IMG/VR virus record: IMGVR_UViG_3300025084_000011
Coordinates: 1 to 64,000 of that record
DNA from: a virus
Lineage: Duplodnaviria; Caudoviricetes
Direction: 5' to 3' (one strand)
DNA length: 64,000 nt
Notes under the pieces: model-generated
The model's input: the letters and a program-made list of their open reading frames with translations, nothing else
The model's database searches: none
Told to the model about the DNA's origin: nothing
Translations under genes and position numbers: made by a program
In this document: piece after piece, positions 43,601-53,395 of the stretch
Numbering within the stretch: position 1 is the stretch's first letter
How the letters are laid out: each line of letters begins with the position of its first letter

Positions 43601-45120
43601 GAACTATCGTTGCTAAGTTTGTTGATAAGGCATTCGATTCAAATGGAGAACAGTTAAACATTGCTGGTGGTAGTGTACAAGCACAGTACGCTGCTGGTGA
43701 CGCTGTATATTCAGGTGACTCCTATACTGGTTATCCTGCAATCACACCTACTGTTCGTACAGAAGATAAGAAGGTTGTTATTATCCATCCTAACCACGGT
43801 ATGCACAACAGATCTAACAATGTTAAGATCACTGGTGTTGCATCCGAGATTCCAGGAACAGAACTAACACAGTCACTATCTACTGTTGCAACTAGCATCG
43901 GTGTCAGTAACGCTGGATCCTTCCATAAGATCGTCAACGGCAGACCAATCAGTACAACTAATCCTGGTTATGTGAAAGTCACTGGTGGGCAAATGTCTAT
44001 CCAACCTGTCGGCGCTATCCCTGGCACTGACGGTGGCACAGAAGCATGGAACGACATTAGCGAATTACTTCCTAGTGAAATTATTGCTTACTCTGCTATT
44101 AGTGATGACGGTCAGACAATCACCGTTGCTCCTTCTGGTAGAGGCGCTGGCGGCACTGCTGCTAGTGAGTGGCCAACAGGAAGTAAAGTTGAGTGTTACA
44201 ACTTGGATGGTATTCCACTGACCGAGATCAACAAAACTCACACTGCAATTCAAGATCCTACTCTGGACTCTTACACAATTGTAACTACATCTGTTGCTAG
44301 TATTGGTATCAGGACTGGTGGTTATAATGTTCAGGCAACTAAAAACATTCCGTTTGAACTTATCACACCTACCATTCAGATCATGCAATTCAAGGAAACA
44401 CCTATTGTTCCTTCAATGAATACCACAACTGGTACATCAATCGGTAATGGTTCTAGTATCGCTGACCAGGCATCGTTCGTTAACAACGGCGTCTATGATG
44501 AGATTCAATTGAATGAAGAGAACTACTATGAGACTCCTAGAATCATTGCTTCTCAGTTGAATGAGGACAACAAACTCGAAGGTAACAAGTCATTGACATT
44601 GAAAGTCAATATGAACAGCAGTCTTGACAACTTGTCACCTGTTGTTGACCTTGACCGCGTATCTGTGATCACAACATCTAACAGGATTAACACCTGGGAA
44701 GGTGGTGCTCAGGTGTTGGGTCTGCAATCTGAGATTAACCCACAAGGTGATGTATCCACACTACCTTACGGTGATCAGAATGATGCAGTTTACTTGACAA
44801 GAGTCGCAAGACTTGCTAACGTTTCAAGGTCTATTCGTTTGATGATCTCCATGCAAAGGTATGGTGATTCTAATATCGATGTCTACTATCGTATCCAGAA
44901 ACCTGGTTCCGAGAAGCAGATGAGTGATATTGGATTTATCAAGATCCCTGTACCAGAAATTGGTGCAACCAATGTGAGTGAGAATGAGTGGGAAGACTTT
45001 GAGTACACAGTCGAAGGCGAGGAGTTCCAAGCATTCCAAGTCAAGATTGTGATGAAGTCTAAGAACCAAGCGAAAGTGCCACTGATCAAAGACCTTAGAG
45101 CAATTGCATTCGCATCATGA
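37690..45120 (+). CDS. DUF4815 / VrlC-like large virion structural protein (2476 aa)
   Basis: TNLNISPYFDDFD..KNFYRVLFRPGFPIQARELTTMQSILQNQ, APGAHRF, RFKNGF-like RLKNGFLVD and DPLAQSF motifs. Confidence 0.88.
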   Translation: MPQNTNLNISPYFDDFDKDKNFYRVLFRPGFPIQARELTTMQSILQNQVEAMGQHLFKEGAMVIPGQVGYDLNVECILIQQAFLGVDVETYRTQLQGKIIEGLTTGIKAKVLYSIPATQSERGYITFYIKYIESGDTTSDVTTKKFQNNEQLVAEQEITFGNTLIETGSPFAQMLPVEAALVGSTAYISEGVYFIRGHFVDIPSEYIILDQYTNNPSYRVGFEVSESIITPEDDPSLTDNAIGASNYSAPGAHRFRIKTQLVKKPINDETDKNFIELLRIRNSTVENFVDRTEYNEIEKSIARRTYETHGDYVVDTFDVRAREHLNDNFNNGVFTPGQTSPDGQVASEQYAVLEVGPGRAYVKGYRTQILAPTYVDTPKPRTFVGRNNQIVPVDLSQRVEVYDVWGWPRISGENVTECYQTIDLRDDWTGTGPSNNVQGNLIGKARVLQLEKDGNKYNLFVFDIQMFTTLNFASSQTIIDGEMLVGRSSGARGYVFSAAADYALVHQVSGRFQNGEVIERDGRVLDVLNASYSYDRSDVRQVVGYESSSNATPIFTASLALTESLSLLGKTITVDQASGQDIQGFDTEFSSDLRAGDVISPTNTDSKGTTSLRVKRIDPSNVAFTTNNRKNSGLTPVFDFGTQEVKLDTSLTKGSITDAEYPATQFTRLRPYFFEKDNRDGELAIDMPKRAIKSVSDESFTVIKTFANKPLSSGDVTFTLPENEQFTTLDGENYNLTITQGANDNTGYGWAIGTNLDIEAEYEKQSPTIGVSFGANRQSLQITGLNDGSGGTVNNISNVTLTAAVSVNTVSKKIKTAAKMRTMKVIRTRNQNDVTNYGLAYGNLYGTRIEDEEVSFALNDVYDLHAVFESEDDDDAKVPFVTLTENVFYDNGSVVVGRTSNARARVVAFNSNNNRLYVVPVSTEFFQTGETIDGFDNDLNALVGVIDDSEGSLERGSKNITSNFYLDTNTTSYYYSVSKMVRKAGTSEPKRKLAVVFDYFIHEASGDYFTNQSYTGIGFSEIPRIRGDRNTQYLTDTLDFRPAVGELASGSGTVEQPFFVNCKSLDFPSRVFTSAGGAGGSTIFNIPKVEDQIRLDYEYYLPRQDKLFMAHDGDLKLSKGVPSEDPAEADDLDNAMLLAKIRYEPYVYDVEDDIVITLHQQRRYTMEDIGNMDRRLQSLEYYTSLSLLESDARNAKAYDSDGFDRLKNGFLVDDFTDHSTSDTENQDYKCSLDFTEGILRPSHYTSNVSLLYTQSLSSNLVYWRENPALGDRKGANILTLPYEEIAIIVQPYASRLENVNPFNVFTFIGRIDLLPASDDWTDTRRVPARVTTIEGNFRATRERLGTNNRGFAPVQWRSWRTAWTGTRRSNTRTWRETSFSRGVPRRILRGSTVTTTRRQVRSGTRIRVVPRIDRRSLGDSVIDSTFIPWIRSRNVGFDVERVKPKTRMYSFFDNDNIQNYVIPKLIEIVKNSSEDSNTNETPFVIGETIYGLRSGCRFRVAAPNNDMVTNPYSATNDILPDSYASQTSVINIDTNILAATVNPNFYGNFSVGEVLVGNTSGARAVVKDRRLISDLVGTIKGAFFIPNPANNSNPRWATGSRVFRLSSSEQDSRLPGAVDSAAEAEYTARGTLNTLQENILAVRNATVVRDTVNQRRTVRSVRTNTRQVGWWDPLAQSFLLEEQGGTFVTGVDIFFGTKDTKIPISMQIRPMENGYPTKDILPFSDVTLKPSQVEVSDNASISTRFTFPAPVYIPESEEHCFVLFSDSNEYKVWISRMGDIDITGTRTISEQPYAGVLFKSQNASTWTADQYEDLKFNLFRASFNTSVIGTATFTNSELGAGNDGISSLTVNPMITVEPKQTLQLPTGNSYNYTIGARLIQSPSNAEATIEEFDSTSNPQLLTVKGIIGTFEQGFLDGNGNPFQALKSSQSVVTFTLSSTPTNGTPESGDTLVGANSGATATITSFDPAGNGTIVAKFVDKAFDSNGEQLNIAGGSVQAQYAAGDAVYSGDSYTGYPAITPTVRTEDKKVVIIHPNHGMHNRSNNVKITGVASEIPGTELTQSLSTVATSIGVSNAGSFHKIVNGRPISTTNPGYVKVTGGQMSIQPVGAIPGTDGGTEAWNDISELLPSEIIAYSAISDDGQTITVAPSGRGAGGTAASEWPTGSKVECYNLDGIPLTEINKTHTAIQDPTLDSYTIVTTSVASIGIRTGGYNVQATKNIPFELITPTIQIMQFKETPIVPSMNTTTGTSIGNGSSIADQASFVNNGVYDEIQLNEENYYETPRIIASQLNEDNKLEGNKSLTLKVNMNSSLDNLSPVVDLDRVSVITTSNRINTWEGGAQVLGLQSEINPQGDVSTLPYGDQNDAVYLTRVARLANVSRSIRLMISMQRYGDSNIDVYYRIQKPGSEKQMSDIGFIKIPVPEIGATNVSENEWEDFEYTVEGEEFQAFQVKIVMKSKNQAKVPLIKDLRAIAFAS

Positions 45121-45365
45121 AGAGTGAGATTCCAAAATATATCCCTGTCGAGGGGGACGATAACAGAGGACTTTTTAGAGATAAAGATTCCAATGCTGTC
45201 CTCCTAAGGGACAAGGATATCTATGATAAATATATGCAGTCGTATTCGGAACGACAGCGTAAGAAGAATGAGTTTGCCACTTTACAAACAGAGGTAAATG
45301 AATTAAAATCTGATGTGTCCGACATTAAAAGTCTACTTATACAATTAATTAACAAAGGAGAGTAA
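45117..45365 (+). CDS. Hypothetical protein with a C-terminal coiled coil (82 aa)
   Basis: ATGA overlap with the previous gene; GLFRDKDSNAVL..D...Y pattern. Confidence 0.75.
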   Translation: MKSEIPKYIPVEGDDNRGLFRDKDSNAVLLRDKDIYDKYMQSYSERQRKKNEFATLQTEVNELKSDVSDIKSLLIQLINKGE

Positions 45366-45367
45366 CT

Positions 45368-45586
45368 ATGCCTGCTGATGTGCCCGAAGTTCAAGATGCT
45401 GCTGAACTGCTAGCAACATTCAAAGAACGCTACAATCGTCTTGCAAATGAAACGAAAGAGATGCAAGAGAAGATTCGACAGAATGAACAAACTGGTTTGA
45501 AACTTATGGGTGCTATTGAGACCCTTGAATATCTGAATCCTCCTGATGAAGACGAAGTAACAGAAACCGAAACAACCGAAGAATGA
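45368..45586 (+). CDS. Hypothetical acidic coiled-coil protein (72 aa)
   Basis: AAGGAG RBS; followed by a terminator. Confidence 0.75.
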   Translation: MPADVPEVQDAAELLATFKERYNRLANETKEMQEKIRQNEQTGLKLMGAIETLEYLNPPDEDEVTETETTEE

Positions 45587-45591
45587 CAAAC

Positions 45592-45620
45592 AAGAGGACC
45601 TTCGGGTCCTCTTTTGTTTT
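45592..45620 (+). terminator. Rho-independent terminator with a C(UUCG)G tetraloop
   Basis: AAGAGGACC-TTCG-GGTCCTCTT followed by TTGTTTT. Confidence 0.9.
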
Positions 45621-45623
45621 AGG

Positions 45624-45631
45624 TATAAATA
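45624..45631 (+). promoter_or_regulatory. T4-type late promoter TATAAATA
   Basis: Exact consensus directly after the terminator and upstream of the fibre gene. Confidence 0.85.
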
Positions 45632-45669
45632 AACAAGAGACATCCTGACCCTGCTAGCGTTCATAAGCA

Positions 45670-48600
45670 ATGGCAAATAGAATCCAATTAAGACGTGACG
45701 GCGCTCAGCAGTGGGCGAACGTCAATCCAATCCTTGCTCAGGGAGAACTGGGCATTGAACTTGATACATCTCGATTAAAGATCGGAGATGGCGTTACGCA
45801 ATGGAACTCCCTTAAATATGAGAGACCGCTAGAAGCGGATTCTAACATTGCCAACACTCTCGTGAAGAGAGATGCTGATGGTAACTTTGAAGCAGGTGCT
45901 ATTACTGGTACGCTGATTGGTAATGCTGCAACCTCAACTAGACTTGCTAACGCCAGAAACTTCACCTTGACAGGTGACATGTCTGGTTCTGCATCATTTG
46001 ATGGTTCTGCTAACATCAACATCACAGCAGAACTGAACTTCCAACCTGGTCTTCCACACTACGATCCTAACGATCTAGATGCTCAGGCAACATATACTAG
46101 ATTGACAATTGACTCTCGTGGTCGTGTTGTTACTGGTGACAATCCTACAACTCTGACAGAGTTTGGTATTGTTGACGCTCAGGCTTTGGATTCAAACCTG
46201 ACTGCTATCACTGCTATCAGCACCATCGGTATGCTGACAAGAACTGGTAGTGGTACATATGCTACCCGTTCAGTAACTGGTGCTCCTGGTCGTATCCTGA
46301 CCTCAAACGCTAATGGTCAGTCAGGCAACCCACTAGTTGATCTTGCTGATACTCCTGTTGTGGTTGGTTCCTATAACCCAACTTCATCTGTATCTCTTAA
46401 TCAACCAGAAACTTCTGTCGCTGAGTCGAATAGTATTCACCAGACAGTTAACACAACAGACTTTACTGTTGATAGATATGGTCGTCTTACCTATGCAGTA
46501 ACTGCTCCGATTTCTACTGCAAGAGAAGGTACGCTTCAACCCTTCTATGATAATGCTACTGCATATGTTAGATACGACAAAGTTAAAAATACGAATGATC
46601 GCCTGTATGAGGCTATCCTTGATATTAACGCTGGCGGCGGTGAACCGACACACACAGACACCTCCGATACAGGGTCTTGGAGATATCTCGGATCTGCTCT
46701 AATTCCTCAGAAAGGACTTGCTTCTTTCTCACAGGAAGATTTTGATGTTACTATCTGGGATGAGGCAAGTGATATCCAGGGTGGTTATGTTACCATCGCA
46801 GAACGTGGTGTTGACAACTTACAACTCCAAAACAATCGTATTGGTTTCGCTGACGGTAATACCGTAGAAAATTTTGAACTGGATCAAGAACTTACTGCAA
46901 CCACTGGATACAGAGGATTCAATTATCTTAACTATCTTAAAGTTAATGATACGAGCGGTAATCTACTGTTTGGCGCTAATAATACGGGGGACAGCGGAGC
47001 TGGCGAACTTGATGTTAATGTACGGTCGTACTTCTCTGACCCTGATATTACTCTTGACGGTGTTCTTGACCAGAAACTGGATAAAACTGCTGATGGTGAC
47101 TTAACCTTCCAGCACACTCAGAACACTGCTACCGATCGCACCCTGCTGATTAATGCTACCAATGCAGGTAGTGGTGATGCACTTATTAATATTACATCTG
47201 AAAATGATATTACAATCTCTGCTACTCATGTAGATAACAGAGTCAATGTAGAAGATTATCATTTCCAAGATAATGTTTTCTCTACAACCAACGCCACCAT
47301 GGTGTTGGATCCTAACGATGATGATGACGTTACAGGTCTAGTCCAGATCCGTGGTGATCTACAAGTTGACGGAACAACCACGACTGTCAACTCAGTTACT
47401 ACCACCATTCAAGACCCCATCCTGACCCTTGGTGGTGAGGATACTCTTACAATTGATGACAATAAGGATCGTGGTATTGAGTTTAGGTACTATGATTCAC
47501 AGGAACGATTCGGATTCTTTGGTTGGGATGAAGACTATGCAAACGCTAACATATGGACTGGCACTGGCGGGTATCGGTTCCTCTACAACGCGACTAACAC
47601 AAGCGAGGTTTATGCTGGTACAGACGCTCCTCTCATTGCTGGTAACCTCAGGCTCACAACAGACACAGGATCCACATCTACCACAACTGGCACCCTGGTA
47701 GTAACTGGTGGTGTCGGTATCTCCGAGAATGTATACATCGGTGGTACAGTTGACATTGCTAATGACTTAGATGTTAATGGTGGTGAGTTTGTTGTCACTG
47801 CTGCTAACGGAAACATCTACACTCAGGGTGATCTACAAGTTGATAGTAACGTTACTCTGGGTAACGCATCAACTGATACTGTCCTAGTTAACTCTGACAC
47901 TACGTTTAAAGATGACGTAAGGATTGTTGGTCCTAACACTATCTTCTCTATTACTGACGGCACTGCTGAGAAGTTTGTCATTGATAGTGATAACGGTAAC
48001 ATTCATAGTGACGGTACACTTGACATTGACAGTGGAGTAACATTCAACAGCACATTAGACGTTGATGCCGCTGTTACTTTCAATAGCACACTCGATGTGG
48101 ATGACGATTCAGTCTTCCATAATGACATTACTCTCGATACCACTGGTAAGTATTTCAAGATTACCAATGGCACCACCGATAAGTTTACTGTCCTGTCCAC
48201 AAATGGCAACACTGACATTCGTGGTACACTTGACGTAGGTGCTGCCGTACATCTTGAAACTACTCTACAAGTTGATGGAAACATTACCCTTGGTAATGCT
48301 GCTTCCGATACCATCACTGTTAATTCGGACGCTACTTTTACCGACAACCTCACAGTCAACGAGGCGGTTGATTTCGATTCAACACTTAATGTTGATGATG
48401 CCGTTGATTTCAATTCTACTCTGGTTGTCGATGGTCAAACAACAATTTTTGACTCTCTGATCTTACAGAGTAACAATGAAGTTCTGAACATCAACAATGG
48501 TGCTGCTATCACGCAGTTCTCTGTTGACTTCGACAATGGTAATACAATCATTGGACGTGACGGTGCTGGAACAGGTACTCTTACAGTCCATGGTGATTCG

Positions 48601-51600
48601 ACCTTCAATGACAATACCAGTTTTACAGATAACGTAACGATTGGTAATGCAAATACTGATACACTTACTGTTAATAGTGTGTCTCAGTTTACTGATGATG
48701 TAACTGTTGATGGTAGTCTGCTTGTTAATACAAATGCAACTATCGAAGGTAACTTGACTGTTAATGGTGTTACTACCACAGTCAACTCCACCGTTGTGAC
48801 ACTAGATGATCCTATCATCACCTTGGGTGGTGACACTGCTCCTACTAGCAATGATGCTAAGGACCGTGGTGTTGAGTTTAGATATTATGATTCCAGTGCC
48901 AGAATTGGATTCTTTGGTTGGGATGTTTCTGCTGCAAGATATGCACTGTATCATGCTGCAACCAATTCCTCAGAGGCATTCAGTGGTACTCGTTCGGGTA
49001 TGGACCTAGGCAGTATCAAGTGTTTCGATGTTACCAATGCAACTAACTCAGCAACAGGTGCTCTGATTGTTGGTGGTGGTGCTGGTATTGGACTTGACCT
49101 CTATGTTGGCGATGACTTAGTTGTTGCTGATGATGGATCATTCGGTGGTGACGTTGACATCACTGGCACTTTGGATGTCACCGATGACTTCGCAGTCTCC
49201 AACAAATTTACAGTTGATGCACAGACTGGTAATACATTTGCTGCTGGTACGTTTGCTGCCAATGGTAATTGCACCTTTGGTAACGCACCAACTGATAGTC
49301 ATACAATTAATGGTGTAGTCCAGTTCAATAATGAACTGACTTTCGTTAAGAGAGCAAACATCCGCAACCTGAAAGTTGCTACGGATGCTGCTAACTCGAT
49401 CAGCACATCCTCTGGTAATCTGATTCTTGATTCTACTGGTGGTACTGTCAACATTACAGACAATGCTGACATTGATGGCGACCTTAATGTTGATGGTGAT
49501 ACTCAGATCGATGGCAATCTAACAGTTGACGGTAGTGCAACTATCGGTGATGCTGCTGGTGATGCTCATACTATTACAGGCACTGTCACCGCAAATCAAC
49601 GGATTACTGCCAACGATGGTATCCACGTTAACGATCTCCGTCTCGGCACTACTAATGGAGACCGAGCAATTTTTGCAAATGGTGGATCGCTAGTCCTTGA
49701 CTCATCTGCTAACAACGTCGCTGTCACTGCTAGTCTTGATGTTAGCAATAACCTGACAGTTGATGGTAACTCCACTATTGGTAATTCAGACGTTGATACT
49801 CTGACTGTCAATGCAACGTCAACATACAACGCTTCCATAACTTCACAGCAGATCACTGCTAAGAACGTTAGGATTGGTGTTGATGGTAACGGTGAAGTTA
49901 GTACCACATCAGGTAATCTGACAATTGACTCTGCTAGTGGCGAAACTATTATTGATGATAATGCCAGTATCACTGGAACACTTGACGTTACTGGTGCTAC
50001 AACTATCACCGATAACCTGACCATCAATGCTGCTACTAGAACAGTTGCAATTCAAAATGGTGCAGGTGCTAACAAATTTACTATTGCAACTAGCACTGGT
50101 AATACACTGATTGAAGGTGATGTTGACATCAACGGTGCCACAGTTATTGATGACACCCTGAATGTAACTCAGGCAGTTGATTTTGATTCTACTGCAAATA
50201 TCGATGGCGTTACAACCATCACTAATACTACTAACGCATCTACTGGTAATACCTTCTCTGCTTCTGGTGCTCTGCAAGTTACTGGTGGTGCGACGGTTGC
50301 CAAAGATTTTACAGTCGGAGAAGACTTCAAGGTCTATGGTGACTTTGAGGTAGATGGTAACGTTGTCCAGAAAGGTAACCAGGAATTCCGTGGTCGTGTT
50401 GAGTTCTCCAAGAATGAGAATCCAGGCAGTCTGAGTGCAAATGCACCTATCATGATCCCCAATGGTGGTCTTACGGTTGCAGAAGATAGTTTCATGGGTC
50501 AGAGTTTGTTCCTTGGACCTAATGCAGGAACAACTATCACTCTGGATGGTGTAAATGGTAATGTTGATATTAATGGTACCTTAGACGTTGCTGGTTTAAC
50601 AACTCTTGGACAAGCAGCGATCAGTACGATTACAACAACTGGTGCTGTAACCATTGGTGGTACTACAACAGTTGGTGCTAACAAGTTTATCATCAACTCT
50701 GCAAGTGGTAACACTGATATTGCAGGTACTCTTGATGTTCTCGGAGCAACTATCATTGATGACATCTTCAATGTAACAGGTGCTGTGGATCTCGATAGCA
50801 CTCTGAATGTTGATGGTGAGACTACACTTAACGATGCACTGACTCAGAATAGCACCTCACTGTTTAAGGACAACGTGGTCCTTCGTGGTGCTTCTAAGAC
50901 TTTGAAGTTGCAGAATGGCAGCGGAACTGACAAGATTACACTTAACTCCACCACTGGTAATGCTGAGATCACTGGACTTTCAACTCTTGGAAGTCTTGAT
51001 GTTACTGGCAACTCCACCATTGGTGGTACGCTGGGTGTTACTGGACAGATCACTGGTGATGTAACTGGTGACCTGACTGGTACTGCTGACAAGTCAAATC
51101 TGGTTGACGTTACTGACACTACAACTTCTAACCTTACTTACTTCCCTGCATTCGTTTCTACTAACAACGGATTCACTGAGGTCCGCACAGACTCTACTAA
51201 CCTTACCTACAACCCAAGCACTAATACACTTACGGTTGATAACTTCAAATCAGTTACTGACTTTGAGATTCAAGGTAACTTGAATGTTACTGGTAACTTG
51301 ACATTCTTCCAGTCGGAAGTTGGTAGTATCGCTAATCACGATACCGATGCTCTGACAGAAGGAACCGCAAACCTCTACTTCACTGATGAGAGAGTTGATG
51401 ACAGAGTTAACGCTCTGATCACAGGTGGCACTGGTATCACTGCTACATATGATGATGCAGGTAATATCCTGACTCTGAGTGCAACTCAGGGTGACATCAA
51501 TACTGACAACATCACAGAAGGATCTACTGCCCTATTCACCACTGCTGCTCGCACAAGGTCACACTTCACGTATGGCACTGGCATCGAGCATGATGGATCT

Positions 51601-52587
51601 GGCACTCTTTCTGTTACCCAATCTGATATTAATACTGATAATGTCACAGAAGGATCAACAAACATATTCTTTACGAACACTCGCGCTAGGGGTGCATTTA
51701 GTGCTGGTGGCGATCTGTCTTATAACGCTAGCACTGGCGCGTTTAGTGTAACCACCTTTAAGACTTCTGATGCTCGTAGTGCTGTTAGTGCTGGTGGCGA
51801 TCTGTCTTACAATTCTGGTACTGGCGTCTTCTCTTATACCACACCTGACTCGGATGGTATTGTTGAGGGAAGTGCCAATCTTTACCACACTGCTGGTCGT
51901 GTTGATACTCGTATCGCACTTCAAGTTGGGGCAAACCTTGACCTGACTAATCAGGACACTGATGATCTGACAGAGGGCACTAACCTTTATTACACCAACG
52001 CTCGTGCTGATGCTCGCATTGCACTTCAAGTTGGTGCAAACCTTGATATTAGCAACCAGTCTACGAGTGACCTGGCAGAGGGTACTAACCTCTACTATAC
52101 AAATGCTCGTGCTGATGCTCGTGCCTCAGCAGCCATCACCGCTTTGGGTCTTGGTACTGCTGCTACAACAGCATCTACTGATTATGCAACTGCTGCACAA
52201 GGCGCACTCGCTGCTTCTGCTACTCAACCAGGAGATCTGGGCACTGCTGCTACTACTGCTGCAACTGATTATGCCACTGCCGCCCAAGGCACACTTGCTG
52301 CTTCTGCTACACAACCAGGAGATCTGGCAACCGTAGCAACCAGTGGTTCTTACAATGATCTTACTAACCTGCCTACGCTCTTCTCTGGTGCATATGCAGA
52401 TCTGACTGGCAAACCAACCCTTGGCACTGCCGCTGCAACAGCATCGACTGATTATGCAACTGCTGCACAAGGTGCAACTGCTGACTCTGCACTTCAAGCA
52501 GAGACGATTGATCTTACTACCCTGAAAGCAGAAGTTGCTGCTGCAACTGACTTTGCTGACTTCCAGACCCGTATCGCCGCTCTCTGA
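45670..52587 (+). CDS. Long tail-fibre-like protein (2305 aa)
   Basis: N-terminus RIQLRRD...NPILAQGELGIELDT.RLKIGDG (Mtd_N/hyaluronidase-N-like), extensive G-x-L-x-V-x-G beta-repeats and C-terminal TEGxxNLY repeats. Confidence 0.85.
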   Translation: MANRIQLRRDGAQQWANVNPILAQGELGIELDTSRLKIGDGVTQWNSLKYERPLEADSNIANTLVKRDADGNFEAGAITGTLIGNAATSTRLANARNFTLTGDMSGSASFDGSANINITAELNFQPGLPHYDPNDLDAQATYTRLTIDSRGRVVTGDNPTTLTEFGIVDAQALDSNLTAITAISTIGMLTRTGSGTYATRSVTGAPGRILTSNANGQSGNPLVDLADTPVVVGSYNPTSSVSLNQPETSVAESNSIHQTVNTTDFTVDRYGRLTYAVTAPISTAREGTLQPFYDNATAYVRYDKVKNTNDRLYEAILDINAGGGEPTHTDTSDTGSWRYLGSALIPQKGLASFSQEDFDVTIWDEASDIQGGYVTIAERGVDNLQLQNNRIGFADGNTVENFELDQELTATTGYRGFNYLNYLKVNDTSGNLLFGANNTGDSGAGELDVNVRSYFSDPDITLDGVLDQKLDKTADGDLTFQHTQNTATDRTLLINATNAGSGDALINITSENDITISATHVDNRVNVEDYHFQDNVFSTTNATMVLDPNDDDDVTGLVQIRGDLQVDGTTTTVNSVTTTIQDPILTLGGEDTLTIDDNKDRGIEFRYYDSQERFGFFGWDEDYANANIWTGTGGYRFLYNATNTSEVYAGTDAPLIAGNLRLTTDTGSTSTTTGTLVVTGGVGISENVYIGGTVDIANDLDVNGGEFVVTAANGNIYTQGDLQVDSNVTLGNASTDTVLVNSDTTFKDDVRIVGPNTIFSITDGTAEKFVIDSDNGNIHSDGTLDIDSGVTFNSTLDVDAAVTFNSTLDVDDDSVFHNDITLDTTGKYFKITNGTTDKFTVLSTNGNTDIRGTLDVGAAVHLETTLQVDGNITLGNAASDTITVNSDATFTDNLTVNEAVDFDSTLNVDDAVDFNSTLVVDGQTTIFDSLILQSNNEVLNINNGAAITQFSVDFDNGNTIIGRDGAGTGTLTVHGDSTFNDNTSFTDNVTIGNANTDTLTVNSVSQFTDDVTVDGSLLVNTNATIEGNLTVNGVTTTVNSTVVTLDDPIITLGGDTAPTSNDAKDRGVEFRYYDSSARIGFFGWDVSAARYALYHAATNSSEAFSGTRSGMDLGSIKCFDVTNATNSATGALIVGGGAGIGLDLYVGDDLVVADDGSFGGDVDITGTLDVTDDFAVSNKFTVDAQTGNTFAAGTFAANGNCTFGNAPTDSHTINGVVQFNNELTFVKRANIRNLKVATDAANSISTSSGNLILDSTGGTVNITDNADIDGDLNVDGDTQIDGNLTVDGSATIGDAAGDAHTITGTVTANQRITANDGIHVNDLRLGTTNGDRAIFANGGSLVLDSSANNVAVTASLDVSNNLTVDGNSTIGNSDVDTLTVNATSTYNASITSQQITAKNVRIGVDGNGEVSTTSGNLTIDSASGETIIDDNASITGTLDVTGATTITDNLTINAATRTVAIQNGAGANKFTIATSTGNTLIEGDVDINGATVIDDTLNVTQAVDFDSTANIDGVTTITNTTNASTGNTFSASGALQVTGGATVAKDFTVGEDFKVYGDFEVDGNVVQKGNQEFRGRVEFSKNENPGSLSANAPIMIPNGGLTVAEDSFMGQSLFLGPNAGTTITLDGVNGNVDINGTLDVAGLTTLGQAAISTITTTGAVTIGGTTTVGANKFIINSASGNTDIAGTLDVLGATIIDDIFNVTGAVDLDSTLNVDGETTLNDALTQNSTSLFKDNVVLRGASKTLKLQNGSGTDKITLNSTTGNAEITGLSTLGSLDVTGNSTIGGTLGVTGQITGDVTGDLTGTADKSNLVDVTDTTTSNLTYFPAFVSTNNGFTEVRTDSTNLTYNPSTNTLTVDNFKSVTDFEIQGNLNVTGNLTFFQSEVGSIANHDTDALTEGTANLYFTDERVDDRVNALITGGTGITATYDDAGNILTLSATQGDINTDNITEGSTALFTTAARTRSHFTYGTGIEHDGSGTLSVTQSDINTDNVTEGSTNIFFTNTRARGAFSAGGDLSYNASTGAFSVTTFKTSDARSAVSAGGDLSYNSGTGVFSYTTPDSDGIVEGSANLYHTAGRVDTRIALQVGANLDLTNQDTDDLTEGTNLYYTNARADARIALQVGANLDISNQSTSDLAEGTNLYYTNARADARASAAITALGLGTAATTASTDYATAAQGALAASATQPGDLGTAATTAATDYATAAQGTLAASATQPGDLATVATSGSYNDLTNLPTLFSGAYADLTGKPTLGTAAATASTDYATAAQGATADSALQAETIDLTTLKAEVAAATDFADFQTRIAAL
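51340..52490 (+). repeat. C-terminal tandem repeats of the fibre gene
   Basis: Six TDxxxEGxxNLY/F-like units, two AGGDLSYNxxTGxFS units, two RIALQVGANLD units and three LGTAAxTAxTDYATAAQG units. Confidence 0.85.
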
Positions 52588-52593
52588 TAACCA

Positions 52594-53394
52594 ATGGCCA
52601 TTCCAACTTCTAAGGCAGAATTAAAAGAATACTGCCTCCGTAGACTGGGTAAACCAGTCTTGGAGGTGAATGTATCTGATGATCAGATTGATGATGCCAT
52701 CGATTATGCTATTCAAAAGTTTCAAACATATCACTATGAAGGTGCTGAGAGAGTTTATCTAAAACATCTCTTTACTTCTGCTGAAATTGCTGCTGGTCGT
52801 ACTAATACAGATACTACTGGTGCTGATGGTACTACTACTTGGTCTGAGCAAAATACATATCTAACAGTCCCAGATCATATTCTGGCAATTGAAGGTATGT
52901 TTGCTTTTACTGATAAAGGCACTCGTAGTATGTTTGATATTCGTTATCAGATGAGACTGAATGATCTGTATGACTTTACGTCTACACAGTTCTATCACTA
53001 CTACATGATTCAGCAACACCTGTCTAGTATTGACTTCATGTTGGAAGGTCTGAAACCTATCAGATATAATAATGTTCAAGACAGAGTATACATTGATTTT
53101 GACTGGACTGAGGATGCACTCTCAGATCAGTATGTGATCCTTAAATGTTGGCGTGCTTTGGATCCAAACACTTGGACAGAAATCTACAACCAAATGTGGA
53201 TGAAAGATTATGTTACTGCTAAAATTAAAAAGCAGTGGGGTCAGAATCTTACTAAGTTCACGAATGTCCAAATGCCAGGTGGTGTCACTCTGAACGGTGA
53301 GATGATTTATAACGATGCTGTTGAGGAATTAAAGATCCTTGACGAACAACTTCGTACTACCTGGGAAACACCTCCCCTAGACATGATAGGATGA
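52594..53394 (+). CDS. gp13: Neck protein gp13
   Basis: ELKEYCLRRLGKPVLEVNV.DDQIDD and KKQWGQNLTKF..VQMPGGVTLNG motifs. Confidence 0.93.
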   Translation: MAIPTSKAELKEYCLRRLGKPVLEVNVSDDQIDDAIDYAIQKFQTYHYEGAERVYLKHLFTSAEIAAGRTNTDTTGADGTTTWSEQNTYLTVPDHILAIEGMFAFTDKGTRSMFDIRYQMRLNDLYDFTSTQFYHYYMIQQHLSSIDFMLEGLKPIRYNNVQDRVYIDFDWTEDALSDQYVILKCWRALDPNTWTEIYNQMWMKDYVTAKIKKQWGQNLTKFTNVQMPGGVTLNGEMIYNDAVEELKILDEQLRTTWETPPLDMIG

Positions 53395-53395
53395 T

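Noticed and set aside
45670-45830. Mtd_N-like N-terminus suggesting a diversity-generating retroelement
   Set aside because: No reverse transcriptase gene, and no template/variable repeat pair differing only at adenines, was seen. This N-terminal motif is common in fibres without a DGR.
51340-52490. Tandem repeats as a CRISPR array
   Set aside because: They are in-frame coding repeats with synonymous variation and no unique spacers or cas genes.
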